NCBI GenBank assembly: GCA_965203805.1
Contig: OZ241917.1
Coordinates: forward strand, 3,776,001 to 3,840,000
Source of the DNA: Candidatus Latescibacterota bacterium
GTDB lineage: Bacteria; Latescibacterota; UBA2968; GCA-2709665
DNA length: 64,000 bases
Direction: 5' to 3'
The position numbers were made by a program, and so were the translations under genes. The notes under the pieces are model-generated. The model was not told the DNA's origin. It saw nothing but the letters and a program-made list of their open reading frames with translations, and did no database searches. How positions within the stretch are numbered: the first letter of the stretch is position 1; every line of letters begins with the position of its first letter. This document shows positions 19,910-29,712 of this stretch, one piece after another.

Positions 19910-22258
19910 ATGCAAACCCATCGAACGCCATGCACGATGTACAAGCCCGTCGACCTCGCGCGCGCCAGGGAGAACATCAAACGCCACGCGTGGGCGAAGG
20001 AACGCTACCGTCAGATCAAATCGCAGGCCGGATATTATCTGATGATGGACCGGGATCGAATGCGGGCTTTCATCAGCGACCGGACGCCGCTGGTCACCGT
20101 CGTCTGCCCCAACTGCGGATGCGGACCCTGGTACGCGTACAGCCTGATCAACGACGGGGATATCCTTCAATGTACGGACTGCAGGACCGCGTGGGACTGG
20201 GACCCGGACGACGCCTCCGAAACTTGGAATATCCAGGCGGTGATCCGCACCTACCGCCTGAAATACATCCTTGGCGGTCTGGAAAGCGCCGGCATCGTGT
20301 ACGGTGTCGAAGGCGACGTGCGATACGCCGAAAAAGCCGCCATTCTGGTCGAACGTTTCGCGGAAGTCTTTGAGGACTACCGGCTGAACCAGGTGAACAG
20401 GAACGTCTGGCACGATCAGAATGACCCCTATTACGGGAAAATCGACGGTTGGAAACAGCGGGATGCCTGGTGCGTCCGAAACGTGCTGCTGGCGTATGAT
20501 CTGATCCGGGACTCGGGTGTCCTTAAGGGCGATCAGCGCCGGTCCATCGACGCCTTTGTCGAATACGTTCGAGACTATTTCGTCGAGTCGTTCAACAATC
20601 CGGGGGACTCGACCCTGAGCGGATACACCTGGTCCGATGACCTTTCACCCTACCTCTCCCACTACTCCATTCAGGACCACGGAGGCGCGTGGTGGTGCAT
20701 CGCGGCTTCCGCCGCGCTGACGGGCGACAGGGAAATCCTGCAATCCGTCGTCACGTTATACGAAGACATGCTCAAGCCTGAAGCCGGCGTGTTCTTCCCG
20801 GACGGCGCGTTTTACGAATGCACGGCCGACTACACCCTGGGACTGCTCCAGACGACCATCGGCATCCCCGAAATCATCCGCGGAAACCTGGACGCCGACG
20901 TGTATGCCAATCCCCGATGCGACCTTCTGGAAAAGTGTTACACCTGGTTCCTGGATGCCGCCTTTCCGAACGACACCAACCCCGCGATCAACGATTCGCA
21001 CGTTGGCAGTCCGCTGCGTCCTTTCTGTTCGGAAATCGCCTTTATCGTCTATAACAACCGAAAGGCGCTGCGCCATCTCAAGACCCTCTGGGGTCCCGGC
21101 CTGAACGGCGGTACCGAATACTCACTCTTCTACAGAGATCCGGATGCCGCGGTCGAAGGCGACGGCGAACCCTACGCCGAGGAAAGCGTCCACCTGCCCG
21201 ATATCGGACTCATGATTTTTCGTCATGGCGAAGACAAACCGTCGCGGACCATGGCCTTCATCGATTACGGCCCGTATATACCCGCCGCCCACAAGCAGAA
21301 AGACTATCTCAATTTCGTCCTGTGGTCCCACGGACAGGAACTCGTCACGGAAATGGGATACAACTGGAATCCGGAATGGGCGCGCCTGTGGGAACGCGGT
21401 CCGCTGTCGCACAATACCGTCCTGGAATGCGCGGAACAGGGCGAGGGAGGAAAACCGCTCCTCTGGTGCGTTACTCCCGGCCCGAAACTGGCCGAAGCGG
21501 GCCTGCCGCCGGGCAATGCGCGCCTGATCGCACTGCTGCCGCGAAGTTCGGGTGATCCCCTTATCGTCGACATCTTCCGCGTCTCCGGAGACAGCAGTTC
21601 GTACACGTGGATGCTGCACGCCCGGTCGGGAGACCTGGAGGTCGCGGGCCTGGACGACCTCTCGCCGGCAGACGTCCCCGAACCCCTGCGTTCCGGCCGT
21701 ACGGCCCGCGCGATCGACGACGTTACGGCCACGTGGACCATGGATCGCGCCGGCCTGCGGACGACTGTCCCGAATATCTGCGACACGACGGTGACGATGT
21801 CCGAGTGTCCTCCCGAAGAGGACGTTATTGAGGACCTCCATGCCGAGGGCGGCACGTTGAGACCCGGCGCCGTGCTGCCGTATCGCGGCCACCTCCAGGT
21901 CTCCCGTCCCGGTCCGGACGCCGTATTCGCCGCCGTACACGCGCCATTCCGGGACAGCCCACCCGCCGCAGATATCGCATGCCGCATCCTGCCGGACGAC
22001 ACGCTTGCGCTCGGAATTACCACGGGACAGGAACACCTCCTCCTCGTGCATACCCTCGCACAGGGAGCGGTGCACGCGGACGGACTTACCCTGAACGGGC
22101 GCGCCGCTGTCGCCACGATGAAAGACGGCGTGCTCAAATCGCTATGTCTCGCTGCGGGCACGTATCTGGCTTACGACGAATCCGAACTCCACCTCGACAG
22201 GACCGGCAACGCCTACGCGATACGTTCCGGAGACACGTTCAAAAGGGTGGAGCTATAG
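19910..22258 (+). CDS. Heparinase II/III-like (polysaccharide-lyase-like) protein with Zn-ribbon insert
   Basis: ARENIKRHAWA N-terminus, CPNC..CTDC, DGAFYEC..Y, PAINDS, YGP..AH...D.LN..L...G.EL..EMGY, SHNTV, IVDIFRV. Confidence 0.75.
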   Translation: MQTHRTPCTMYKPVDLARARENIKRHAWAKERYRQIKSQAGYYLMMDRDRMRAFISDRTPLVTVVCPNCGCGPWYAYSLINDGDILQCTDCRTAWDWDPDDASETWNIQAVIRTYRLKYILGGLESAGIVYGVEGDVRYAEKAAILVERFAEVFEDYRLNQVNRNVWHDQNDPYYGKIDGWKQRDAWCVRNVLLAYDLIRDSGVLKGDQRRSIDAFVEYVRDYFVESFNNPGDSTLSGYTWSDDLSPYLSHYSIQDHGGAWWCIAASAALTGDREILQSVVTLYEDMLKPEAGVFFPDGAFYECTADYTLGLLQTTIGIPEIIRGNLDADVYANPRCDLLEKCYTWFLDAAFPNDTNPAINDSHVGSPLRPFCSEIAFIVYNNRKALRHLKTLWGPGLNGGTEYSLFYRDPDAAVEGDGEPYAEESVHLPDIGLMIFRHGEDKPSRTMAFIDYGPYIPAAHKQKDYLNFVLWSHGQELVTEMGYNWNPEWARLWERGPLSHNTVLECAEQGEGGKPLLWCVTPGPKLAEAGLPPGNARLIALLPRSSGDPLIVDIFRVSGDSSSYTWMLHARSGDLEVAGLDDLSPADVPEPLRSGRTARAIDDVTATWTMDRAGLRTTVPNICDTTVTMSECPPEEDVIEDLHAEGGTLRPGAVLPYRGHLQVSRPGPDAVFAAVHAPFRDSPPAADIACRILPDDTLALGITTGQEHLLLVHTLAQGAVHADGLTLNGRAAVATMKDGVLKSLCLAAGTYLAYDESELHLDRTGNAYAIRSGDTFKRVEL

Positions 22259-22320
22259 GATTCAGTCCCTTATATTGCGCCGTTCAGAACCGCAATCCTA
22301 CCTCTAAACGGGAGATTTGC

Positions 22321-23265
22321 ATGCCGTCCAACTTTCTCGACCGGGTCACCGAGGGCCACGTGCTTTGCGATGGCGGTTACTATCTCGAATTCGAACGACG
22401 TTGCCTCGGCAGCTACGCGTCCAGAATACCCATGGGGGTACTCGACTATCCGGAAGGCGTCCTCGAACTCCACAAGGAATTCGCGCGGGCCGGCGCCGAG
22501 GTCCTCCAGGCCATGGTCTGGGGGGTGCGGCCGATGGATCGCGAAGAGGAACTCCACAGGACGGCCGTGGAACTCGCGCGGGAAGCGGCCGGACCGGACC
22601 GGTTTGTGGCCGGTACCCTCAGCCCCTTCGTTTATTCGGGCCGCTCCAAATGGGATCCCATGTCAGAGGAAGACAAGACCGGCGCCAGGGAATTCTTCGA
22701 ACGCCGCGTTACCCAGCAGACCGCGGCCGGCGTGGACCTCTTCATCATCGAGACCTTCTATTCCGTGGATGAAGTCAGCCTGGCCATTCCCTTTGTCAAA
22801 CAGGCGGGGATCCCGGCTGTAGTGACAATGACCTATCGCGACGGGGAATTCACCCGGGAAGGCTATCGCCCCGGCGAAGCCGCCAAACGACTCGTGGACG
22901 CAGGGGCCGACGTGGTCGGCATCAATTGCATGCGCCCGTGGTCAACCATGCGGCCCCTGATGTACGAGGTCGGGGAAGCCGTTTCCGTGCCCCTGTGCGC
23001 GCAGCCCACGGGATACGAACTCGAACCCGGCGAGACCTTCAACCGTCCGCTGAGCGTCGCCAACCTCTGGACGCAGGTCGAGCCACGCGTTGTCACGCGC
23101 TTTTCCATGGCGGAGTATACCGCCGAAGCGACACGTATGGGAATCGGCCTGATCGGCTCCTGCTGCGGCGCCCTGCCGTACCACGTCCGGGCCATGGCAG
23201 AGGCGCTCGGCAAACCCACCGACCTGCCCGACGTCGACCGCGGATACCACGGTCTGGCGGGGTGA
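22321..23265 (+). CDS. Homocysteine S-methyltransferase family (BHMT-like)
   Basis: LCDGGY..EFERR, LHKEFARAGAEV, IIETF, Zn ligands VGINC and IGSCCG. Confidence 0.9.
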   Translation: MPSNFLDRVTEGHVLCDGGYYLEFERRCLGSYASRIPMGVLDYPEGVLELHKEFARAGAEVLQAMVWGVRPMDREEELHRTAVELAREAAGPDRFVAGTLSPFVYSGRSKWDPMSEEDKTGAREFFERRVTQQTAAGVDLFIIETFYSVDEVSLAIPFVKQAGIPAVVTMTYRDGEFTREGYRPGEAAKRLVDAGADVVGINCMRPWSTMRPLMYEVGEAVSVPLCAQPTGYELEPGETFNRPLSVANLWTQVEPRVVTRFSMAEYTAEATRMGIGLIGSCCGALPYHVRAMAEALGKPTDLPDVDRGYHGLAG

Positions 23266-23426
23266 GAAGCGACCATGGAATCGTGAGGGTCCGTGCTGAG
23301 GTCTATCCCGCGTCCGTGGACAGAAGGATTCAGGGGGGTGACATCCGTTCCGCCAACAGGTCGTAAGTCGGGCGGGTAGTCGCCTCATCCCGCCGCCCAC
23401 GCTGCGCCAACGGGAGGAAACCACTC

Positions 23427-25094
23427 ATGTTGAATGAAATCACCGCCTGTCTCCAAAAGGGGTTCGAACTCGGCGTCCGGTGGACGGATGAGAGCGGCGT
23501 CCTGAACGACCCATACGAAAGCAACCGGCCGGAGAACTTCGCGCCTGCCTGCTGGGCCGTCATCGGCGCGTCCCTGTACCGGCTGACCGGCGAGGACGTT
23601 TATCTGGAGTGGACCGACCGGTGGATGCAGCGCACCGCCGGGATTATGGAAGGCGCCCGGAATTCGCCGGGTTTCAGAGAATACGTGATGGGGTACGGCG
23701 TGATGGTCTTCCCCATTCTTTCCGACGTCGTGGAAAGGGATGTCCTGGAAGGCTGGGAAGCCGCCTTTGCAGCGTCCTATACGGACGACGCCGGATTGTC
23801 CGACTGCCACGTCTCGGCCGCGTCGCTGCTGTGCGACCTGTTCCTGGACAGCGGGCGGGAGAAGATTGCCCGGGAGCGATCCGGAGAATTCATTGCGGCG
23901 TTCAACAGGCGAGTCACATCCGGGGGTTTCCTGCGCGACGACGACGTGAACGGGAATTCTGTTGCGCACGTCTATCTGACCGGCACCTTCCTGGCCGCCA
24001 CCCTTCTCAAGAACAAATCAGACGTCGCGTTCGGGTCAGAGGTCGAACGACTCCTGGAGACGATCTGCGGCTGGTTCAAACGGGCGAACGGGCGTTTCCA
24101 TCTCCCGTTCCTGGCCAGCAGGAGCATCTACCAGATGTACGTGTATCCCATGGTCGCGCTTCTCTCGTACATCGGAGAGGGTGGAAAGGCCGGAGACAGA
24201 GTCCTCGCGCTGCTCGAATTCTGTCAGTCATTCAATCCCGAAAACGACGTTTTCTCCCATACGCCCAACCACCTGTCGCCCTTCGCCCTCGCGGGCCTGG
24301 AGTGGACTTATAATCGTCTGAACACGGACCTCGGCGCGGGTCTTGTCGCCTGGGCGCTGCTCGCGCTCCTGATCGAAAAGGAATGGCCGGGGTTCGACAC
24401 GGTCGCCGCCGCCCCCGTGCAGGACGTTGTCGATCCGGAAGCCGGGTACGCGATCCTGCACGGCGAGAAGTCCCGCGTGGCCTTCGCGCTTTGCAATCAC
24501 GACTGGGGCTATCACCTGCCGCTCCAGCCGGTTTCACTCAAACTCGGCAATACCCCGATGATCGAACCCGTAGCCGATGCCAAACGCGACGGTGTCAAAC
24601 ACGCCTTTCACGAACAGATCCTGGAACCGCGCACGGCCGATCCGCTGCTTGAGCCGTACTTCGGCATTCTCGTTCAAGAGGCAGACGGCGCTTTTCGCAT
24701 CATGGAAGGCAGCGCGGAGGTCGTCGCAGCCGATGAATACAGGTTGACCGGGCCGGTATCGCTGAACCTGAAACTCGATCTGAAGAACGAACTCATTCGG
24801 CTGACGTATCGCGTCACGGAAATCAAGAACGACGATCAGCCCATTTTCTCCATCCCGGTCCTGCTGTGGGACGGGAAGGAGGAACTGACGTACGGAATTG
24901 ACAACGGCACCCTGGTTCTGGGCTGGAAAAGCGCGGCCTACCGGGTATCGATCACCGGCAACAGCGGTCCGTGGGACCTTGACATGGCGCGTTATCTGCA
25001 CGCCGGATGCGGTCTGACCGCGAATATGACCGTTCCACTGGCGCACAACGCCGCCAAACTGGATTCGGCTGTCACGATTGAACGGACGGCGTGA
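23427..25094 (+). CDS. Hypothetical protein (alpha/alpha toroid + beta-sandwich, lyase-like architecture)
   Basis: 555-aa ORF, GGAGG RBS, helical N-half (LYRLTGEDVYLEW) and beta-rich C-half. Confidence 0.65.
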   Translation: MLNEITACLQKGFELGVRWTDESGVLNDPYESNRPENFAPACWAVIGASLYRLTGEDVYLEWTDRWMQRTAGIMEGARNSPGFREYVMGYGVMVFPILSDVVERDVLEGWEAAFAASYTDDAGLSDCHVSAASLLCDLFLDSGREKIARERSGEFIAAFNRRVTSGGFLRDDDVNGNSVAHVYLTGTFLAATLLKNKSDVAFGSEVERLLETICGWFKRANGRFHLPFLASRSIYQMYVYPMVALLSYIGEGGKAGDRVLALLEFCQSFNPENDVFSHTPNHLSPFALAGLEWTYNRLNTDLGAGLVAWALLALLIEKEWPGFDTVAAAPVQDVVDPEAGYAILHGEKSRVAFALCNHDWGYHLPLQPVSLKLGNTPMIEPVADAKRDGVKHAFHEQILEPRTADPLLEPYFGILVQEADGAFRIMEGSAEVVAADEYRLTGPVSLNLKLDLKNELIRLTYRVTEIKNDDQPIFSIPVLLWDGKEELTYGIDNGTLVLGWKSAAYRVSITGNSGPWDLDMARYLHAGCGLTANMTVPLAHNAAKLDSAVTIERTA

Positions 25095-25119
25095 GGATCT
25101 CACTTCTGAGGGGCCGGTC

Positions 25120-26103
25120 ATGAACCTCGGATTCGTCGGTCTGGGCAACTATTCCAGAAACCACCTGCGGGCCGTCCAGGAGAATCCGGACCTGGTCCTG
25201 GCATCCGTCTATGATATTGTACGCGAACGCGCTGACGAAGCAGCCCGGGCGTTCGGTGCAAAACGGGCGTCAAGTATCGAAGATCTGGCCGGCGACCCGG
25301 ACGTTGAGGCGGTAGTGATCACAACGCCCAACAACCGCCACTTTGACGACTTCAATGTCTGCGCGGCCCACGGCAAACATGTTTTTGTCAACGTGCCCGT
25401 CACGACAAGCCGCGCCGAGGCCGCGGATATGATGCGGCTCGCCAACGAAAAAGACCTCACCTATATGGCCGGCCACAACCTCCGCAAGAATCCGGCCGTC
25501 TCCCACCTGAAGAAGCGTCTGGACGCCGGCGACGTGGGCATCCTGCACTCGGTCGAAGCCTCTGTCGGAGGCGCCACCGCCTATGAACTCACGCCGGACA
25601 ACTGGCGGTACCAACTGAAAAATGCGCCGCTTCTTCCTTTTGCGCAGATGGCCGTCGTCTTCATCGACCTTGTCCTGGATATCATGGGCGCGCCAGAGAA
25701 AATCTCCGCCTTCATGTCCAAGAGAGACGGGGCCGGGGAATCCCCGGATCTGGGCGCGGTTATCGGCCGCTACGCCGATGGACGGCTTTCCTATATCGGC
25801 GCGTCTTACGTCTCTCTTCTGGGCTACGAAATCACCTTTGCGGGCAGCGACGCCAGAATCACGTGGGACAGCCACGACGAAAACGCCGTCACCCTGATCG
25901 GTACCGAGACTCGCCAGCGCGAATCCTTCGACCGGGTCGACGAACAGTACGAGGAGCTCGCCGAATTCGCGCGCTGCGTGGAAACCGGCGCCGCACCCTC
26001 GGCAAATGGCGTGGATGCCTTCAATGTTGCCGCCTACTTCGAGGCGATCGAAGAATCCATCAACACGGAGCGGTCAGTCCGCTTCAGGTCTCTCCATGAA
26101 TAG
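25120..26103 (+). CDS. Gfo/Idh/MocA-family oxidoreductase (atypical active site)
   Basis: GFVGLGNYS Rossmann motif, VVITTPN..H, GKHVF, AGHNLR..P. Confidence 0.9.
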   Translation: MNLGFVGLGNYSRNHLRAVQENPDLVLASVYDIVRERADEAARAFGAKRASSIEDLAGDPDVEAVVITTPNNRHFDDFNVCAAHGKHVFVNVPVTTSRAEAADMMRLANEKDLTYMAGHNLRKNPAVSHLKKRLDAGDVGILHSVEASVGGATAYELTPDNWRYQLKNAPLLPFAQMAVVFIDLVLDIMGAPEKISAFMSKRDGAGESPDLGAVIGRYADGRLSYIGASYVSLLGYEITFAGSDARITWDSHDENAVTLIGTETRQRESFDRVDEQYEELAEFARCVETGAAPSANGVDAFNVAAYFEAIEESINTERSVRFRSLHE

Positions 26104-26134
26104 AAAAAAGCCTTGGAGATCGTGTCTCCAGGGC
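26104..26134 (-). terminator. Rho-independent terminator (probably for the clpP-like gene)
   Basis: GCCTTGGAGA-tcgtg-TCTCCAGGGC hairpin preceded by an A-run on + (U-run on -). Confidence 0.55.
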
Positions 26135-26231
26135 ATTGACCGGAATCCAATCTGACCGGACTCAGATCACATCGATTTGTCCAACCGACCTGAATCGAGT
26201 TAAACAGTATGCCAAGAATAATGGGATGATC

Positions 26232-26759
26232 CTAAGCCTCAAGTTCTTTAATTTCGTGAATAATGCCTCGATATAAAGCCTGTTTCGCCGAAATAGGCAC
26301 TATGTTTTGTGCAGTTGTGAATTCTTGTGCCTCAGATAAAGAAATATCAGTATGTTTAATGAGACAATCCAGGACACGTCGATTACATTCCTTTACACCA
26401 TTGAGGCGATGTTCAAGCCAAAACTGATCAAGCCGCTCATCTTGTGGTGTTAAGTAATAAATGGAGTGAATGCCAAAATCGGCTTCGGGCGTGGCAAATC
26501 GTGTTTTACCACCCAAAAATGGTAAAATGCCGGTAGAATAAATCCGATGTGAGTTATGAGTAATCGTCTGTATAGATTGCCCAATCAAGAAATGATAAAG
26601 AAAAATAGCAGATTCAAATTGTCCACCATCGGTGGAGATTTCTACATACAGTGTGGAAGGTTGCTGTTTTGTTATTTGTGGTCTCACTTTATCGATGAAA
26701 TCACCTACTGTGTCCCGACTAATGATATCTTTAAATTCACATCTTAAAATTGAATCCAT
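26232..26759 (-). CDS. ClpP-like serine protease (divergent, AT-rich)
   Basis: LYVEISTDGG, Ser in IYSTG, His in FGIH, ISAKQAL.RGII; likely start MDSIL at 26759. Confidence 0.8.
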   Translation of the reverse strand: MDSILRCEFKDIISRDTVGDFIDKVRPQITKQQPSTLYVEISTDGGQFESAIFLYHFLIGQSIQTITHNSHRIYSTGILPFLGGKTRFATPEADFGIHSIYYLTPQDERLDQFWLEHRLNGVKECNRRVLDCLIKHTDISLSEAQEFTTAQNIVPISAKQALYRGIIHEIKELEA

Positions 26760-26811
26760 TAATTCGTTCCGCCTGGAAAGGAAGCGGTCTGACGCAATAC
26801 TGGGGAGTAAA

Positions 26812-27036
26812 CTAACCGAAGGGAGAAGGGGGCACATTCTCGTAATCTATTCGTTTGGCTAATTGACCATCTGTACAATGAATGTGCAGTTCCGTGCCTA
26901 AACCGCTTGCTAATTCCTTTCCGTGCGAAATCGCATAGGCTTGTGTAGGGTGAACACCGAGTGGGTTATCCATGCCCGCTAGCTTAACTTCCCATTTGCC
27001 ACCCTTTGGTGTGACATGGATATTATTTCTTGCCAC
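26812..27036 (-). CDS. DUF2188-family small protein
   Basis: HVTP..GKWEVK..G....HPTQ..AI..G...A....TELHIH..DG; AGGAGG RBS before GTG 27036. Confidence 0.85.
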   Translation of the reverse strand: MARNNIHVTPKGGKWEVKLAGMDNPLGVHPTQAYAISHGKELASGLGTELHIHCTDGQLAKRIDYENVPPSPFG

Positions 27037-27408
27037 CAAATGCACCTCCTGTGGACGGTACTTCAGGGACTGCCTTATCGCGTCAGACCTGCCGTAATAT
27101 ACTCACGGGAGGGCTTTCGTCAATAGTCACGTTCGATTTCCAAATTGTTCAGGCACCTGTTTTTTCCGTACAGATCTCCAACGGTCGGTTTGGCGTTGTT
27201 GTGGCCCTACTGATACTATACCAGAGAAACCAATCACTGCGCCGGCAACGCACAGGTGGTAACTGATTGAAACACACAAATCAAGTCCCTGGGCTGGTCG
27301 GCCCAGGCGCTTCGTTTTGCGCGCCAGGCAGGGCGCGAAGCGCTATCAGAAGGCGGAGTTGTTTGGAACCGCCAGGGGCGTCGCCTGTGGGCGCGAGTTA
27401 CCCGTGAT

Positions 27409-27870
27409 TTACCCGCGAACCTCCGCAATGACCGAGAGTTCCACGGATGCGCCCAGCGGCAATTCGTTCGCCCCGATGGCCAGCCGGGCGTGGCTGCCTT
27501 TGTCGCCCAGCACCTGTGCGAACAACTCCGACGCCCCGTTAATCACCTTCGGCTGGTCCGTGAATCCCTCCGCCGAACGGACAAATCCCTCCACGCGCAC
27601 CAGTTGAACGACGGCTTCGAGCGAACCGGCCGCGGCGTTCAATACACTCAACGCGTTCAACGCGCAGAGCTTCGCCGCTTCATAGCCTTCCTCGACGGAC
27701 ACGTCCGCCCCCACCCTGCCCGCAGACTTCAGTTCGCCCGCGGACATCGGAAGCTGGCCCGCCACGAAAATCAGATTACCCGATCGCTTCGCGGGCACGT
27801 ACCCGCCCGCGGGCGACGGCGGCTCCGGCAGCGCGAGTCCGAGTGCGGCGAGACGCTCCTCTACAGACAT
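27409..27870 (-). CDS. RidA/YjgF-family protein
   Basis: ERLAALGLALP, YVP, VAGQLP, NGASEL, HARLAIG..LPLGASVE. Confidence 0.92.
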   Translation of the reverse strand: MSVEERLAALGLALPEPPSPAGGYVPAKRSGNLIFVAGQLPMSAGELKSAGRVGADVSVEEGYEAAKLCALNALSVLNAAAGSLEAVVQLVRVEGFVRSAEGFTDQPKVINGASELFAQVLGDKGSHARLAIGANELPLGASVELSVIAEVRG

Positions 27871-27921
27871 CGGTGCCTCCCATACGAAACGTCCTGATTA
27901 CAGTGAATCTCGATCGCGACT

Positions 27922-29658
27922 TCAGTATGCTTCCTGTCCTTTGCGCACGATTTCCTTCACGTACCCCGCCAGCGCTTCGATCGCGACGTCTTTTCTTTCC
28001 TGTTCGTTCCTCATCTTCACCTCCACTTCGCCTTTCGCCAGCCCCCTGGAACCCACCGTTATCCGGATCGGGATGCCGATCAGGTCTGCATCGTTGAACT
28101 TCACGCCTGCCCGCTCATCGCGGTCATCCAGAAGCACTTCGATCTCCTCGGCTTCCAGGTCGCAACGGATCTTCTCCGCCGCCTCCAACTCCCCCTTCGG
28201 GCGATTTCCCGAGAGGACAACGATATGCGCGTGGAACGGCGCGACAGAAATCGGCCAGACGATGCCCTGCCCGTCGTGGTGTTCCTCGATCACGCAGGCC
28301 AGCAGGCGCCCGACTCCGATCCCGTAGGAACCCATCACCAGCGGACGGGCTTTGCCGTTCTCGTCCAGGAAATTCGCGCCCAGTTTCTCGCTGTACCTCG
28401 TGCCCAGCTTGAAGATATTCCCCACCTCGACCCCACGCGCCGACCGGAGCCCGGCGCCGCAGGAGGCGCAGGGCATCCCCGCCTCCACCGCCACCAGATC
28501 GGCGACGATGTCCGCTTCGAAATCCCTGCCCGCGTTCACGTTCAGGCAATGATAGTCCACCTTGTTCGCCCCGGACACAAGGTTGGCGGATGCCGCTACC
28601 AGGTCATCCACGACAATCAGAGCATCCTCGGCGATGCCGATGGGAGATCCGTATCCGGGTTCCGCGCCGATCGCGCGAATTTCCTCCTCCGTCGCCGGCC
28701 GCATTTCGACGGCCCCCGCGGCATTGGCCAATTTGGTTTCGCTGAGTTCGTGGTCTCCCCGTACCAGCGCGAAGATAAACCGCTCTTCTCCCTGTATTGA
28801 ACCTGTCATAAACACCGCTTTGGCGGTGCGGCTCGCGGGAATGTCCAGGAACCTCGCAAGATCTTCAATGGTCGTGCATCCCGGCGTTGCGACTTCCTGG
28901 AGTTCCTTTGGCGCCTCCCCGACGGCCTCCTCCCTCTCACACACGGCAATCTGCCGGTTCGCACGGTACCCGCATCCGTGGCAAATGAGCAGCGTATCCT
29001 CACCCACCGGATTCAAGTACATGAATTCGTGCGCCCCGGTCCCGCCCATCATGCCGGTATCGCTCTCCACCGAAACCACCTGGCCCGCCAGGCCCACGCG
29101 CCGGAAGATATTCTCATAGGCCCTGTACATATCCTGATAGACCGAATCCAGGCCGGACTCGTCCAGGTCGAAACTGTACGCGTCCTTCATGGTAAACTCG
29201 CGGACGCGGATCAGACCTCCCCGGCTCCGCGGCTCGTCGCGGAATTTCGTCTGAATCTGGAACACGCACATGGGCAGCTGCCGGTAGCTCCGAATCTGAT
29301 GCCGCGCCAGGTCCGTGACCGCTTCTTCGTGGGTCATCGCCAGGCACATGTCCCGGTCGGATCGATCCTGCATTCGAAGCATTTCCGGACCCACCTCGTT
29401 CCATCGCCGGCTCTCCCGCCACAACTCGGCCGGCTGTACGATCGGCATCATCAGCTCGATACAATCGATCGCCGCCATTTCCTCCCGAAAAATCGCCTCG
29501 ATCTTCCGTGCGACCCGGAGTCCCAGCGGCAGCGCGCTGAAAATACCCGCTGCCAGCGGACGGATCAAACCCGCCCGCAACGCCAGCTGGTGGCTCACCA
29601 GTTCCGCGTCCGCCGGCGCTTCCCGAAGCGTCTGGGTAAACAACCTGCTGTACCGCAT
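27922..29658 (-). CDS. proS: Proline--tRNA ligase (with INS editing domain)
   Basis: TLREAPADAELVSHQL, THEE, QIQTKFRDEPR.RGGLIRVREF.MKDAYSF, GVEVGNIFKLGT.YS, GSYGIG, GVKFNDADLIG. Confidence 0.98.
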   Translation of the reverse strand: MRYSRLFTQTLREAPADAELVSHQLALRAGLIRPLAAGIFSALPLGLRVARKIEAIFREEMAAIDCIELMMPIVQPAELWRESRRWNEVGPEMLRMQDRSDRDMCLAMTHEEAVTDLARHQIRSYRQLPMCVFQIQTKFRDEPRSRGGLIRVREFTMKDAYSFDLDESGLDSVYQDMYRAYENIFRRVGLAGQVVSVESDTGMMGGTGAHEFMYLNPVGEDTLLICHGCGYRANRQIAVCEREEAVGEAPKELQEVATPGCTTIEDLARFLDIPASRTAKAVFMTGSIQGEERFIFALVRGDHELSETKLANAAGAVEMRPATEEEIRAIGAEPGYGSPIGIAEDALIVVDDLVAASANLVSGANKVDYHCLNVNAGRDFEADIVADLVAVEAGMPCASCGAGLRSARGVEVGNIFKLGTRYSEKLGANFLDENGKARPLVMGSYGIGVGRLLACVIEEHHDGQGIVWPISVAPFHAHIVVLSGNRPKGELEAAEKIRCDLEAEEIEVLLDDRDERAGVKFNDADLIGIPIRITVGSRGLAKGEVEVKMRNEQERKDVAIEALAGYVKEIVRKGQEAY

Positions 29659-29712
29659 CCGGACTCCCTTCAATGTCTATCGATCCCCACTGCCCGCCCC
29701 CGGTTGGCGTTT

